From a virus: a stretch of DNA of 64,000 nucleotides. The stretch is from the IMG/VR virus record IMGVR_UViG_3300046012_000505, positions 37,003 through 101,002 of that record. One strand, written 5' to 3'. The notes beneath the pieces are model-generated. The model was not told the origin of the DNA and ran no database searches. It was given only the letters and a program-made list of their open reading frames with translations. Every line of letters starts with the position of its first letter. The first letter of the stretch is position 1. This document shows, in pieces, positions 43,613 through 52,515 of this stretch. Position numbers and translations under genes: made by a program.

Positions 43613-44429
43613 CGATGCAGAGGTAGAGCGCGGCCCCGAGATTACGCATGAGAAAGCCCGCGAGAGCGCCCGTCGCCTCATCAACAGCGCATTCCAGCAA
43701 GAGCCGCGCGCTCGTCTCGGGATACCGGCGCGTCCCGGCTACGACGACGATTTGGTGATCGTCGAGTACATCAAGCAGCAGGCCGCCCTACGCCCCGCCC
43801 CTCCCGCTCAGGATGCGCTCGTAGAGGCGATCAGGGAGAGGGATGAGGCGCGGGCGACCTCAGCAGAGCGCAAGACGACTATCGAGATGATCGAGCAATC
43901 TCTGATCGATGCCTCTTTCCAATCTCGCGTGCAGCCTTGGTTGCTGGCGTGCTTCGGCGCGGAGATCGCCGGCGACAAGGTAGAGCGCAACCATCGCTTT
44001 TTTGAGGAGGCGACGGAGACGGTTCAGGCCGGCGGCATGACACGCAGCGAGGCGCATCAGCTCGTCGACTACACCTACGATCGCCCGACTGGTGATCTGC
44101 GCCAGGAAGTCGGCGGCGCGATGAACACGCTCGCCGCGCTATGTCTCGCGCATGGGCTGGATATGCACGCGGCCGGCGAGCTCGAACTGGCGAGGGTGTG
44201 GACGAAGGTCGACGTCATCCGCGCCAAGCAAGCTGCCAAGCCGAGGCATTCGCCATTGCCGGAAGCGCCGTCCTCATCGGTCGAGAAGGCGCGGGAGGCG
44301 GTGATAGAGGCGTATCGGCGGCTCGCGAGCGCGAAAGATGCGGATGAATATTACGACCTACTCGGCGCCCTCAATCACATGATCGCCAATCTCGACTCCC
44401 TCACCCCAGGGGAGAAGGCCGGTGGTTGA
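43605..44429 (+). CDS. MazG-like all-alpha NTP pyrophosphatase-domain protein
   Basis: ERNHRFFEEATE.VQ...QEVGG...TLAALC. Confidence 0.6.
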   Translation: MSDDAEVERGPEITHEKARESARRLINSAFQQEPRARLGIPARPGYDDDLVIVEYIKQQAALRPAPPAQDALVEAIRERDEARATSAERKTTIEMIEQSLIDASFQSRVQPWLLACFGAEIAGDKVERNHRFFEEATETVQAGGMTRSEAHQLVDYTYDRPTGDLRQEVGGAMNTLAALCLAHGLDMHAAGELELARVWTKVDVIRAKQAAKPRHSPLPEAPSSSVEKAREAVIEAYRRLASAKDADEYYDLLGALNHMIANLDSLTPGEKAGG

Positions 44430-44886
44430 GCGCATCCAGCTTCGCCGCACGAAGGGCTGGCGTATCCCCGAAAACACCGTCGTCGTGTCGCGGCCGAGCA
44501 AGTGGGGAAACCCGTTCGACTTTCGGAAATCCGAGTTCTGCTGGGCCGCGCTGTCGTTCGGATGCAGAGGCGATCGAATCGGGCGGCAGGAAGCATCGGT
44601 CCGGGCATTCCGCGATTGGATTGATCCTCGATGGGGCCGACGAACGCTCGGCATGGAAGAGCAGCCGCATTTGTGCGGCCCGGAGGGCGAGCGTCTGAAT
44701 CTTGGTCCGGCGGTCAAAGCTGGCGCGGCGCCATCTAAAGCCGACATCGTGAAGGAACTTCGCGGCAAAAACCTCGCTTGCTGGTGCAAGCTCGGCGAAC
44801 CGTGCCATGCGGACGTGCTGCTCGAGATCGCCAATCGACCGCACCCGATCGAGCGCCGCAACATCGATGCCAAGGATGCCGCATGA
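44422..44886 (+). CDS. DUF4326-like protein
   Basis: RIQLRRTKGWR.P, RPSKWGNPF, LRGKNLACWC...CHADVLL. Confidence 0.85.
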   Translation: MVERIQLRRTKGWRIPENTVVVSRPSKWGNPFDFRKSEFCWAALSFGCRGDRIGRQEASVRAFRDWIDPRWGRRTLGMEEQPHLCGPEGERLNLGPAVKAGAAPSKADIVKELRGKNLACWCKLGEPCHADVLLEIANRPHPIERRNIDAKDAA

Positions 44887-46655
44887 CGGAAGCCATCACC
44901 ATAGGCGCCGTCACCATGGACGCGCGGGACTATGCCAGCCAGGGCAGCGCGCTTCTCGGCATCCGGGACAGCGGCAAGTCCTATTCCGCGACGTGGCTCG
45001 CCGAGCGATTGCTTGACGCCGGCATACCCTTCATCGCCTTCGATCCGATCGGCTTGTGGCGCTGGCTCAAGGTCGGCGTCGGCGAGCATCCCGGCTATCC
45101 CGTCATCGTCGCCGGCGGCGAGCATGGCGATCTGCCGCTGACCGTCGCATCGGCTCCCGAGATCGTGCGCGCCGCGATGCGCGAGGGTGTCTCGCTGGTC
45201 ATCGACCTCTATTCGATGGATCTGAGCAAGGCCGATTGGAAACGCATCGTTCAGAGCTGCGTCCGCGTCCTGCTCTACGAGAACAAGCGGTACGGCCTGC
45301 GCCACGTCTTCATCGAGGAGGCCGCCGAGTTCTGCCCGCAGCGGGTCGCGCCGGATCAGGGCGTCGTCTTCGCCGAGATCGAAAAACTTGCCCGCATGGG
45401 CGGCAACGCGCTCCTCGGCTACACGCTCATCAACCAGCGGGCCGAGGAGGTCAACAAGGCCGTCCTCGAGTTGTGCGACAATCTCTTCCTACACCGCCAG
45501 AAGGGCAAGAACTCGCTCAACTCGCTGACCAAGTGGCTCGACGTGGCCGACGCCAAGGGCGCCGGCGGGATCATCAAGAGCCTGCCGACCCTGCCGCAGG
45601 GCGACTGTTGGGCATGGGCATCGGGCAGTGACGAGCCGGTGCGCGTCCATGTGCCGGCGAAGAACACGTTTCATCCCGACCGCCGAGCGATGCGCGAGCA
45701 TGGCGAGCCGACGCACGCGAGGGCGATCGATGTCTCGGCGTTCGTCGCGCAGATGACGGCGGCTTTGGCTGAGGCGGAAAAGCCCGTGTTAATTTCCTCG
45801 ACCACCAAGGAGGGCGCAAAAATTAACACGGCCGCTATCTCGGCGGCGCGCGAGGAAGGCTATCAGGCCGGGCTCGCCGATGGGCGCCGGGCTGCGGAGG
45901 CCGATGCCGCGGAACGGCTGCGCACGATGCAGGCGGCGATCGATGCCGCGCTCGGCTACCTCGTCCCGTTCGTCAAGCGCGAAGGCGGCGACGTTCCGGT
46001 GATCGATGTTCGCCGGCCGGCGGCGCCGCCGGTGATCGATGTTCGCCGGCCGGCGGCGCCGCCGGTGATCGATGTTCGCCGGCCGGCGGCGCCGCCGATG
46101 ATCGAGCATGCGCCGCCGGCAATCTCGCACACTACGCGCGCCACCGCCGCGCCACCGGCGCAGTCGGACGATCGCCGCGGCTCCGGCGCCGAGTTGCGCA
46201 TTCTCAAGGTGCTGGCGCAGCGTCATCCGGCTCGGCTATCCGACGCGCAATGGGCGACCTTGGCCGGCATGAAGCGCACCGGCGGCACCTGGAGCACCTA
46301 TAAGAGCCGGCTGCGCACGGCGGGGCATATCGAGCAAGGCGGCGATAAACTCTTTGCCGTGACGCGCGCCGGGCTTCGTGCGGCCGATCATGTCCCGGCG
46401 GCGCCAGCGAGTGCGGCCGACGTCATCGCCATGTGGAAGCGCGCACTCGGCGACGGACCGAGCCGGATGCTCGATGCGCTGATCGCCTCGCATCCGCAGC
46501 CGATGGACCGGGCCAATCTCGCTGATCGCGTTCGGATGACAGCGACGGGAGGGACATTCTCGACGTACCTGTCGAGGCTCAAGACGAATGGGCTTGTCGA
46601 CGTGATCGGGCGCAGGGTCAAGGTCAGCCCGACGCTGATGGATGGCGGCCCATGA
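44883..46655 (+). CDS. HerA/DUF87-like P-loop ATPase with two C-terminal winged-helix repeats
   Basis: GIRDSGKS, FDPIG.W, IEEAAEFCPQ, INQR; GGTWSTYKSRL and GGTFSTYLSRL. Confidence 0.8.
   Translation: MTEAITIGAVTMDARDYASQGSALLGIRDSGKSYSATWLAERLLDAGIPFIAFDPIGLWRWLKVGVGEHPGYPVIVAGGEHGDLPLTVASAPEIVRAAMREGVSLVIDLYSMDLSKADWKRIVQSCVRVLLYENKRYGLRHVFIEEAAEFCPQRVAPDQGVVFAEIEKLARMGGNALLGYTLINQRAEEVNKAVLELCDNLFLHRQKGKNSLNSLTKWLDVADAKGAGGIIKSLPTLPQGDCWAWASGSDEPVRVHVPAKNTFHPDRRAMREHGEPTHARAIDVSAFVAQMTAALAEAEKPVLISSTTKEGAKINTAAISAAREEGYQAGLADGRRAAEADAAERLRTMQAAIDAALGYLVPFVKREGGDVPVIDVRRPAAPPVIDVRRPAAPPVIDVRRPAAPPMIEHAPPAISHTTRATAAPPAQSDDRRGSGAELRILKVLAQRHPARLSDAQWATLAGMKRTGGTWSTYKSRLRTAGHIEQGGDKLFAVTRAGLRAADHVPAAPASAADVIAMWKRALGDGPSRMLDALIASHPQPMDRANLADRVRMTATGGTFSTYLSRLKTNGLVDVIGRRVKVSPTLMDGGP
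45996..46105 (+). repeat. 33-bp tandem repeat, three perfect copies plus a partial (PVIDVRRPAAP)
   Basis: CCGGTGATCGATGTTCGCCGGCCGGCGGCGCCG at 45996, 46029, 46062. Confidence 0.95.
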
Positions 46656-47194
46656 GCACGCCAGAATATCGCGGCGTCTTGGTCCGCGAGCTCGGCGGCA
46701 CGCGCACCCTCTGCGTCGGCATGCAGAACCCGAGCAAGGCGGCGGCGCACGATCCTTCCGTCAACGATCCGACCGTCCTGCGCCTGATCGGCTTCACCGG
46801 CCGGCTCGAGTTCGGCCGGCTGATCGTCGTCAATACCTACGACAGGACGGCGACCGATCCTGCCGACCTCTACCGGTGGCTGTGGTCGCTTTCGGCAAGC
46901 GAGCGGGAGGAACATCGCCGGCGCGCGCTCGACATCGCCATCCGCGAAGCACTCTCCGCCGACCTCTTCATCGCAGCATGGGGCAACGGCAGCCCGGATG
47001 ATCGCTGGCCGCTCAGCTTCGCCGACGGGCTCGTAGCGGCCGGCATCGATCTCTACCACCTCGGTCTCAATCAGAACGGCACGCCAAAGCACCCGCTCGC
47101 CCGCGGCAAGAACCGGATCCCGGATGATCAGGTTCCGGCACTGTGGCGGCGCGGGCAGGCCATCGCCGACGCGCGGAAGGAGATGGGTGGCTAA
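46652..47194 (+). CDS. DUF1643-like protein
   Basis: MQNPSKA....NDPT, VVN.Y...ATDP, AAWG, G.PKHPL. Confidence 0.85.
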   Translation: MSTPEYRGVLVRELGGTRTLCVGMQNPSKAAAHDPSVNDPTVLRLIGFTGRLEFGRLIVVNTYDRTATDPADLYRWLWSLSASEREEHRRRALDIAIREALSADLFIAAWGNGSPDDRWPLSFADGLVAAGIDLYHLGLNQNGTPKHPLARGKNRIPDDQVPALWRRGQAIADARKEMGG

Positions 47195-47514
47195 TGGCCG
47201 CTCCGCGCCAGCGCCCGGCATCCGAGCCTCGCGGCTATACGCTCGACGAGGTCGCGAATTATCTCGGCCACGCGCGCAATTGGCTGACCGCCGAACGGCT
47301 CGCCGAGCTGCGCAAGAGCGGCTTCCCGCCCATCGACCCCCTGCTCGAGCGCGTCGACAAGCGCGCCCTTGATGCCTGGTGGGACGCGCGGAGCGGAATC
47401 CTGCCGCCGCTTGACGGCGACCGGCCGAACGATCCAGCATCCTCGCGGCCCAATCCCTGGCGAGGAGCGTTGCGCGATGGAGATCAAAATTCCCCACGTC
47501 ATCGCCATCCGTAA
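47194..47514 (+). CDS. xis: excisionase-like HTH protein
   Basis: YTLDEVANYLG...GFP..DP....D.RALDAW; immediately upstream of int. Confidence 0.7.
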   Translation: MAAPRQRPASEPRGYTLDEVANYLGHARNWLTAERLAELRKSGFPPIDPLLERVDKRALDAWWDARSGILPPLDGDRPNDPASSRPNPWRGALRDGDQNSPRHRHP

Positions 47515-48529
47515 GCGCGGCGGCCGGAAAGGCGATCGCGTCCTCTACTACTGGCGCCGCAAGGGTCACAAGCTGCGTCGCCTGCCGAACGACCCACGGG
47601 CGCCGGCGTTCCTCGCGAAGCTCAATCAGTTCGAGCGCGAGGCGGCGGCAGAGGCCGGGCCGGCCGCCCCGGATCCCGAAACCATCGCCTGGCTGATAGA
47701 AAAATACCTCGCCAGTCCCGACACCGCCGCGCTGGCGCCGCGCACCGTGGTCAATTATCGCTTCTTTCTCAACCGCCTCCTGCCAAAGTTCGGCCATCTC
47801 CCCTATGCCGCCCTCGACCGCGAGGCGGTCTATGATCTGCGGGACCATTTCGCGGCCAAGCCAAACACCGCGAACGAGATCGTCTCGGCGCTGCGCGGCA
47901 TGCTGACATGGGCCGTCGACCGCGGCATCCTCGCGGTCAACGTGGCGCAGCGCCCGAAGCGCATCTATGTCGCCCGCCGCCACGCAATGTGGTCCCACGC
48001 CGACGAGAAGGCCTTCCTCGATGCGGCCGACCCGACGATGGCGCTCGCCTTCATGCTCGGCGCCTACACGGCGCAGCGCCTCGCCGATATCTGCGGGATG
48101 ACCTGGGGCCAGTACAACGGCAAGACGATCAAGCTCGTCCAGATGAAGACCGAGCGTCGCGCCCATCGCCTTATCGAGGTGCCGTGCCATGCCGACCTCA
48201 AGACCGTTCTCGACGCCGCCAAGCGATCCTCGATCATGATCCTGACGACGCCGACCGGGAAGGCGTTCAAGCCGTCGAATTTCAACCTGCGCTGGAAGAT
48301 GGTCTCGCGCGCCGCCGGGATCAGAGGGCTGCAGTTCCGCGATCTCCGGCGCACCGCCATCGTCCGGCTCGGCGAGGCCGGTGCAAATGCCATCCAGATC
48401 GCCGCGGTCAGCGGCCACGACATCAACACCAGCCAGAAGATTTTGGAGACCTATTTGCCGCGCAATTTCCGCATGGCGGAAGCGGCGATCTTGGCGCTCG
48501 AGCGAGACAGGCCGGGAACAAAAGTGTAA
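47477..48529 (+). CDS. int: tyrosine integrase
   Basis: AQRLADI (R), QMKT (K), FRDLRRT, VSGH, ETY (Y). Confidence 0.93.
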   Translation: MEIKIPHVIAIRKRGGRKGDRVLYYWRRKGHKLRRLPNDPRAPAFLAKLNQFEREAAAEAGPAAPDPETIAWLIEKYLASPDTAALAPRTVVNYRFFLNRLLPKFGHLPYAALDREAVYDLRDHFAAKPNTANEIVSALRGMLTWAVDRGILAVNVAQRPKRIYVARRHAMWSHADEKAFLDAADPTMALAFMLGAYTAQRLADICGMTWGQYNGKTIKLVQMKTERRAHRLIEVPCHADLKTVLDAAKRSSIMILTTPTGKAFKPSNFNLRWKMVSRAAGIRGLQFRDLRRTAIVRLGEAGANAIQIAAVSGHDINTSQKILETYLPRNFRMAEAAILALERDRPGTKV

Positions 48530-48705
48530 ACGGTTCTCGTTACGGTGTAAACGAATGGCGGATTTCTGCGGGTGAGAATAGGGATCGATCTCGGAGGGAC
48601 AGTTATCGAATCGCTGAAAAACGGCGGATTCCAGCCAATCGTTTACACCTGGACTACCCACCGACGACCAAGGATATCCGCCAGATTTTCGGCGTGGTGT
48701 AAACG
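48524..48705. other. attP-like region with integrase arm-type repeats
   Basis: GTGTAAACG at 48524, 48545, 48697 and inverted at 48640; GGCGGAT at 48557, 48623 and inverted at 48676. Confidence 0.7.
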
Positions 48706-48717
48706 GTTTTTGCTCCC

Positions 48718-48909
48718 ATGATCGCCTATCTCGGCTTCTCCCGGACCACTGAGGTAGATGTCGATCCGCGCGATCTCGGCTGCGGCGCCGGGGAGGTTCC
48801 GTGCTTCGAATGCGAGGGATCTGGAATCTGGGCCTTCATGGAGCCGGAGATTCCGGCCGAGCCGTGCGTCAATTGCAAGGGGACCGGGATCGTGTTGATC
48901 TCGATTTGA
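48718..48909 (+). CDS. DnaJ-type zinc-finger mini-protein
   Basis: CFECEGSG...CVNCKGTG. Confidence 0.65.
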   Translation: MIAYLGFSRTTEVDVDPRDLGCGAGEVPCFECEGSGIWAFMEPEIPAEPCVNCKGTGIVLISI

Positions 48910-48925
48910 GAGAAGGAAGCGAGAA

Positions 48926-49204
48926 ATGACGCCTCGGATATATCGAGCCCTGCAATTGTTGAGCGCCGGCCCACGCCCCATCGACAGCTTCGCCGGCAAT
49001 CTACGCGAGGGCTTGATCGACGCCGGCATGGCAGAGCCGCCGCTAGTCGATACGAACGGCCCGCGCGCCGCGCTCACTGAGGCCGGGCGCGCCGCGCTAG
49101 CGAAAGAGACATACGGACGCGATATGCTGAGTCTCAACGCCAAGATCGCAATGGGCAAGCCGGGCGCGTACCCGAGTGAGGATGTCGAGGAGATCAAGTT
49201 TTGA
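48926..49204 (+). CDS. hypothetical winged-helix-like protein
   Basis: LIDAG.......LTEAGRAAL. Confidence 0.55.
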   Translation: MTPRIYRALQLLSAGPRPIDSFAGNLREGLIDAGMAEPPLVDTNGPRAALTEAGRAALAKETYGRDMLSLNAKIAMGKPGAYPSEDVEEIKF

Positions 49205-49476
49205 GCCCCCTTGAAGTGACCGAATGGCTCCTGCGCAAGCCCAAGCCGTTCTCGGCTGGGCTAGTCGTCAACCGACCGGCCGGCGGTATGTCGCATGCAG
49301 CGAGGCTTTTCCAGGCGCGCATCTGGCGCGGGTACGCGATGACGTGGCATGGGCGTTCGACCCGCACTGGCGTCGACCGACGTTGGCGCGAAGAAATCGG
49401 ACGAATGACCTATGACGGGTGCTTGCGCCGCGTCCGGGCGAATCTCTACCTCGCTCGGCGAGCGCGGCGAGTATGA
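49201..49476 (+). CDS. hypothetical basic protein
   Basis: TTG overlaps upstream stop. Confidence 0.4.
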   Translation: MSPLEVTEWLLRKPKPFSAGLVVNRPAGGMSHAARLFQARIWRGYAMTWHGRSTRTGVDRRWREEIGRMTYDGCLRRVRANLYLARRARRV

Positions 49477-49515
49477 ACAGACTCCCGCCGACGCTCAGAT
49501 CGACACCTAAAATCG

Positions 49516-49752
49516 ATGTGCGACCCCCGCACCCCTGAAATCCTCGCCTGGCTGGAATCCCTCCCCTTGCGCAAGCGCCTCGCCGCCATGCACGGGATGA
49601 CGATAGCCTTCCCGGCATTGCAGCGATCGGCGGACTGGAAGGCGCAGATGGGGAAGGTGCGGGATGAGTTGAAGCCGACCGCTCGGCAGCTTGGCGACAT
49701 CATGAGAGAGGCCGGGGAGATCGGCGGGCGGTTGAGGCGCGCGCTGGCGTGA
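49516..49752 (+). CDS. hypothetical protein
   Basis: ORF in run; alternative start at 49473. Confidence 0.5.
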   Translation: MCDPRTPEILAWLESLPLRKRLAAMHGMTIAFPALQRSADWKAQMGKVRDELKPTARQLGDIMREAGEIGGRLRRALA

Positions 49753-49759
49753 GGCGGCG

Positions 49760-49951
49760 GTGACCCTGACCCGCAATCAAATCCTCGCCCTCTTCACCGC
49801 GCACCCGGACACCTGGGAGCTTGCCGGCGTGCCGGACTGGCTCGCGGAGGAATGTGTCGACCTTGGCTTGGTCGTGAAGACGCCGCGGGGGAAGTGGCGG
49901 CTGACACTGGCGGGGTCTCGGGAGAGGAAGAAGAGGCTCGGCGAGGCGTGA
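49760..49951 (+). CDS. small winged-helix-like protein
   Basis: DLGLV......WRLT.AG. Confidence 0.55.
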   Translation: MTLTRNQILALFTAHPDTWELAGVPDWLAEECVDLGLVVKTPRGKWRLTLAGSRERKKRLGEA

Positions 49952-50396
49952 AGCGTGCTTCCGGCGGAGGCGAGAATCTGATAGGATGATTTTGCTGCGG
50001 CGGCGTTGATGGAAACGCTCGCTCGCCACAGAGCAGGACAGGAAGCGGCGGCCGGCGCCTGGACGGCAAGGTCATCCTGAGCCGGTTTCGAGTCCGGCCC
50101 GCAGCTTTAAGACCCCACCAGGGGCCGTCCGGGTTGATCGCCGGGCGTAGATTGTGGAGTGCTGCGGCGAAACACGGTGATAACCTCGTGGCGCAGTGAT
50201 CCGTCTCGTAGAGCGGCCAGCGCATCGCCAGCCAATCGACCGCCCTTGCATACGGGACCGCTCGCGTGTTGCCCTGCCGTACAGCCTCGCCGAGACGGGC
50301 GCTGATCGTCTGGCCGGCCGCACCACCCGACAGCGCCGAGACGAGGCAATCGAAGGCCCACGCGACAGAGCCGGGCATGCGGCGGAGGACGTTCAC
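49794..50396 (-). CDS. small lysis-region protein; credible domain about 50190-50396, C-terminal extension probably read-through
   Basis: FDCLVSALSGG..GQTISARLG...VDW....E.DHC motif, then low-complexity tail. Confidence 0.5.
   Translation of the reverse strand: MNVLRRMPGSVAWAFDCLVSALSGGAAGQTISARLGEAVRQGNTRAVPYARAVDWLAMRWPLYETDHCATRLSPCFAAALHNLRPAINPDGPWWGLKAAGRTRNRLRMTLPSRRRPPLPVLLCGERAFPSTPPQQNHPIRFSPPPEARFTPRRASSSSPETPPVSAATSPAASSRPSQGRHIPPRASPARRQAPRCPGAR
49994..50106 (+). ncRNA. non-canonical tRNA-like element
   Basis: Acceptor stem GCTGCGG/CCGCAGC, D arm GCGT-TGATGGAA-ACGC, T arm GCCGG-TTTCGAGT-CCGGC; about 60 nt of non-tRNA interior; TAGGAT -10 just upstream. Confidence 0.55.
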
Positions 50397-50689
50397 GCGA
50401 TAGCACCGTTCGTGATGAAGCCGTGCCAGTGGCCGAACTTGCTGGCATCGACGCTCGGCGTGAGCGAAAGCGTGTTCCAGTCCTCGCCGCCGGTCATGTT
50501 CCAGACGTGACCGGGAGGCCAACAACGGGGGTTATCGGGTTCTGGATCGATTAAGCCGTCCTGGTGCACCGCGACCCCGAGCCGATGCCTGTCGCCGGCG
50601 GGACAATGCGGGCAGTCGAAGGTGAAGCCGACGCGCGGACCACCCTCTTTGAAGACGTACCAGCGTGGATCGAGATCAGTGAGTCTCAC
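50393..50689 (-). CDS. small metal-binding protein (DUF6527-like)
   Basis: FDCPHC...H...W..TG...LSLTPSV....HWHGFITNG. Confidence 0.7.
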   Translation of the reverse strand: MRLTDLDPRWYVFKEGGPRVGFTFDCPHCPAGDRHRLGVAVHQDGLIDPEPDNPRCWPPGHVWNMTGGEDWNTLSLTPSVDASKFGHWHGFITNGAIA

Positions 50690-50895
50690 GGCGTCACCAC
50701 CACCTTCGCCGGCGCCGCCTCGCAGCCCCAGTTGCGATCTAGCATCGATGATCCCCATGGGGTCGAGAGCTTCACGCACACGGCGTTGGGATCGCTCGCC
50801 AGCGCCTTTGCCAGGTCAGCGGTTCCGCTGCACCCGGCGAGGCCCGCGACGACCCCCATGACGAGGACGACGCGGGCCAGCGCAGCAGGCATCAC
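50686..50895 (-). CDS. lipoprotein (spanin candidate)
   Basis: Lipobox LAGC; downstream of endolysin. Confidence 0.6.
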   Translation of the reverse strand: MMPAALARVVLVMGVVAGLAGCSGTADLAKALASDPNAVCVKLSTPWGSSMLDRNWGCEAAPAKVVVTP

Positions 50896-51194
50896 GCCGC
50901 CGGGGCTGCGGCTGCAACGGGCGCGGCAAGCTGCCCCTGGAGCGTGCCAAGCCATTGCAGCGTAGCCGAGGTCTGCACCAGCCCCGCAACCGCCGTCGCC
51001 GTGCCGCACGAGCTTGTGGCCCACGGGCTGACAGCCGACGCCGGATTGAGCTTCTGCGCCGCCATGACATCGGTGCAGGCCGCCTGGATGCCGGCGGCGA
51101 TATCGGTTTGCGCGGTCTGGAGCTGCGAGGCGGTGCAGGCAGAGAGGGCGAGGAACGCCGCGCCGACGAGGATGGTCAAGCGATACTGTTTCAT
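50892..51194 (-). CDS. lipoprotein (spanin candidate)
   Basis: Lipobox LSAC; GGAGG RBS. Confidence 0.7.
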   Translation of the reverse strand: MKQYRLTILVGAAFLALSACTASQLQTAQTDIAAGIQAACTDVMAAQKLNPASAVSPWATSSCGTATAVAGLVQTSATLQWLGTLQGQLAAPVAAAAPAA

Positions 51195-51391
51195 TGGTTG
51201 CCTCCATGAGGGACGAAATAGACGACGACGGTCGTCAGGATGGTCTGGATCGCCTGCCCGATCTCGGACGGCAACGGCGGCTGGATGTAGCGGTTGAGCA
51301 GGTAGACGACGATGGTCGTCAGGGCGCCGGCGAGAACGGCGCCAACGGCCTTGTTGACGCCGATCACGGGAGCGGGAGGAAGTGCGGTCAC
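51191..51391 (-). CDS. holin-like two-TM protein
   Basis: NKAVGAVLAGALTTIVVYLL...QTILTTVVVYFVP; AGGAG RBS. Confidence 0.65.
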   Translation of the reverse strand: MTALPPAPVIGVNKAVGAVLAGALTTIVVYLLNRYIQPPLPSEIGQAIQTILTTVVVYFVPHGGNQ

Positions 51392-51453
51392 TGGTGGGGT
51401 GCTCCTTTCGAGCATGGAAGGGGCCGCCCCACGACGGAGCGGCCGCGTTGAAA

Positions 51454-51948
51454 TCACTGATACGCGCGATTGAGCCAGCCGGGCAGATTCGGCGCTTCCG
51501 CCGGCTTGCTCTGCGCGACGAGCCGGTAATGCGCGGCGATCTCGCTCCGCAACGCGGCCCGCAGGCCGCCGCCGAGCGCCGCAGAGCACGCCTTCGCCGT
51601 GGCGGGGCCGATCACCCCATCCTCGTCTGCAGGCACGCCGGCGGCCCTGAGCGCCCGTTGCAGGCAGCGGATGGCAGAGGGACCGCCCATCGGCACCGCG
51701 GCGTCGAGCAGTTTCACCGGGATTGAGGCGCCGGGAAGCTGGCTGATGCGGAAGCGGAGCCAGAAATCGGTGAAGTAGATGGCGCGCGCCCGTTCGGCGG
51801 TGAGGTTCGGAATGTCCTCGTTCGGGTAGGACCGTTTCGAGATGCCGAATTTCGTCTCGCCTCCGGGATCGTCCGCGCTCGCCGGCTTGTAGCCGCCTTC
51901 GTTGGCGAGCAGCGCCGTCACGGCGGCGTCGAAAATGGCGTCGCTCAC
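51454..51948 (-). CDS. endolysin, glycoside hydrolase family 108 with peptidoglycan-binding domain
   Basis: NEGGY....DDPGGETKFGIS...LQRAL...DGVIGPAT...GWLNR. Confidence 0.92.
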   Translation of the reverse strand: MSDAIFDAAVTALLANEGGYKPASADDPGGETKFGISKRSYPNEDIPNLTAERARAIYFTDFWLRFRISQLPGASIPVKLLDAAVPMGGPSAIRCLQRALRAAGVPADEDGVIGPATAKACSAALGGGLRAALRSEIAAHYRLVAQSKPAEAPNLPGWLNRAYQ

Positions 51949-52340
51949 GGCGACCCCGGCATCGGATAGGGCTTGCCGCCCGGCCCAAGCACCTTATCCC
52001 GGTAATAGAAGCTCTGCGTCTCCAGCGCCCCGATGCGCTTCTCATGATCCGCCATCACTCGAGCCTCGTCACGGTCGGCGAGCTCCAGCGTGTCGAGCCG
52101 GCCATCGCGCGTCTTGTCCCGGTACTCGCCGACCGCCAGCGATGTTTCGATCCTCGCGACGGAGATTTGCAGATTGTCGAAAGCGTCGGACGCTCGGTGA
52201 AAGGCCCAGCTCGCGGCGCCGATGATGACCGGCGCGAGGAGCGAGACGACGACAGTCATCAGCCGCGCCCACCCGGCCGCCTTGTCGCTCTTGCCGATCT
52301 TCTCGACGAGGCTTGGCGGGCTGCCGTTGTGATCGAACAT
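51945..52340 (-). CDS. single-TM coiled-coil protein upstream of endolysin (holin/antiholin-like)
   Basis: LMTVVVSLLAPVIIGAASWAF TM then heptads. Confidence 0.65.
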   Translation of the reverse strand: MFDHNGSPPSLVEKIGKSDKAAGWARLMTVVVSLLAPVIIGAASWAFHRASDAFDNLQISVARIETSLAVGEYRDKTRDGRLDTLELADRDEARVMADHEKRIGALETQSFYYRDKVLGPGGKPYPMPGSP

Positions 52341-52515
52341 CGTCAGGCACCCGATCGGGCAAGACTCGTTGAGGAATTTGTGGCTAGCATGAACCGCCCT
52401 GTGGGCCGGCGGTGGTGACTGCGCGTGGTCATGTCAGAGTGTTCTCCTCTGTCGCTGTCGGGCGGTGAGACGCCCGGTGGCCCCGCCGATAGGGGCGCCT
52501 TGTGGCGATCCTCGA

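Noticed and set aside
45996-46105. 33-bp repeats as a CRISPR array
   Set aside because: Head-to-tail with no spacers, in frame in a CDS, no cas genes.
48330-48356. Integrase inactive because HxxR reads RDLR
   Set aside because: The other catalytic residues are present and this position tolerates substitution in tyrosine recombinases.
49994-50106. Canonical tRNA gene
   Set aside because: No 7-nt anticodon loop on a 5-bp stem, 8-nt T loop, C at position 8; no anticodon can be assigned.
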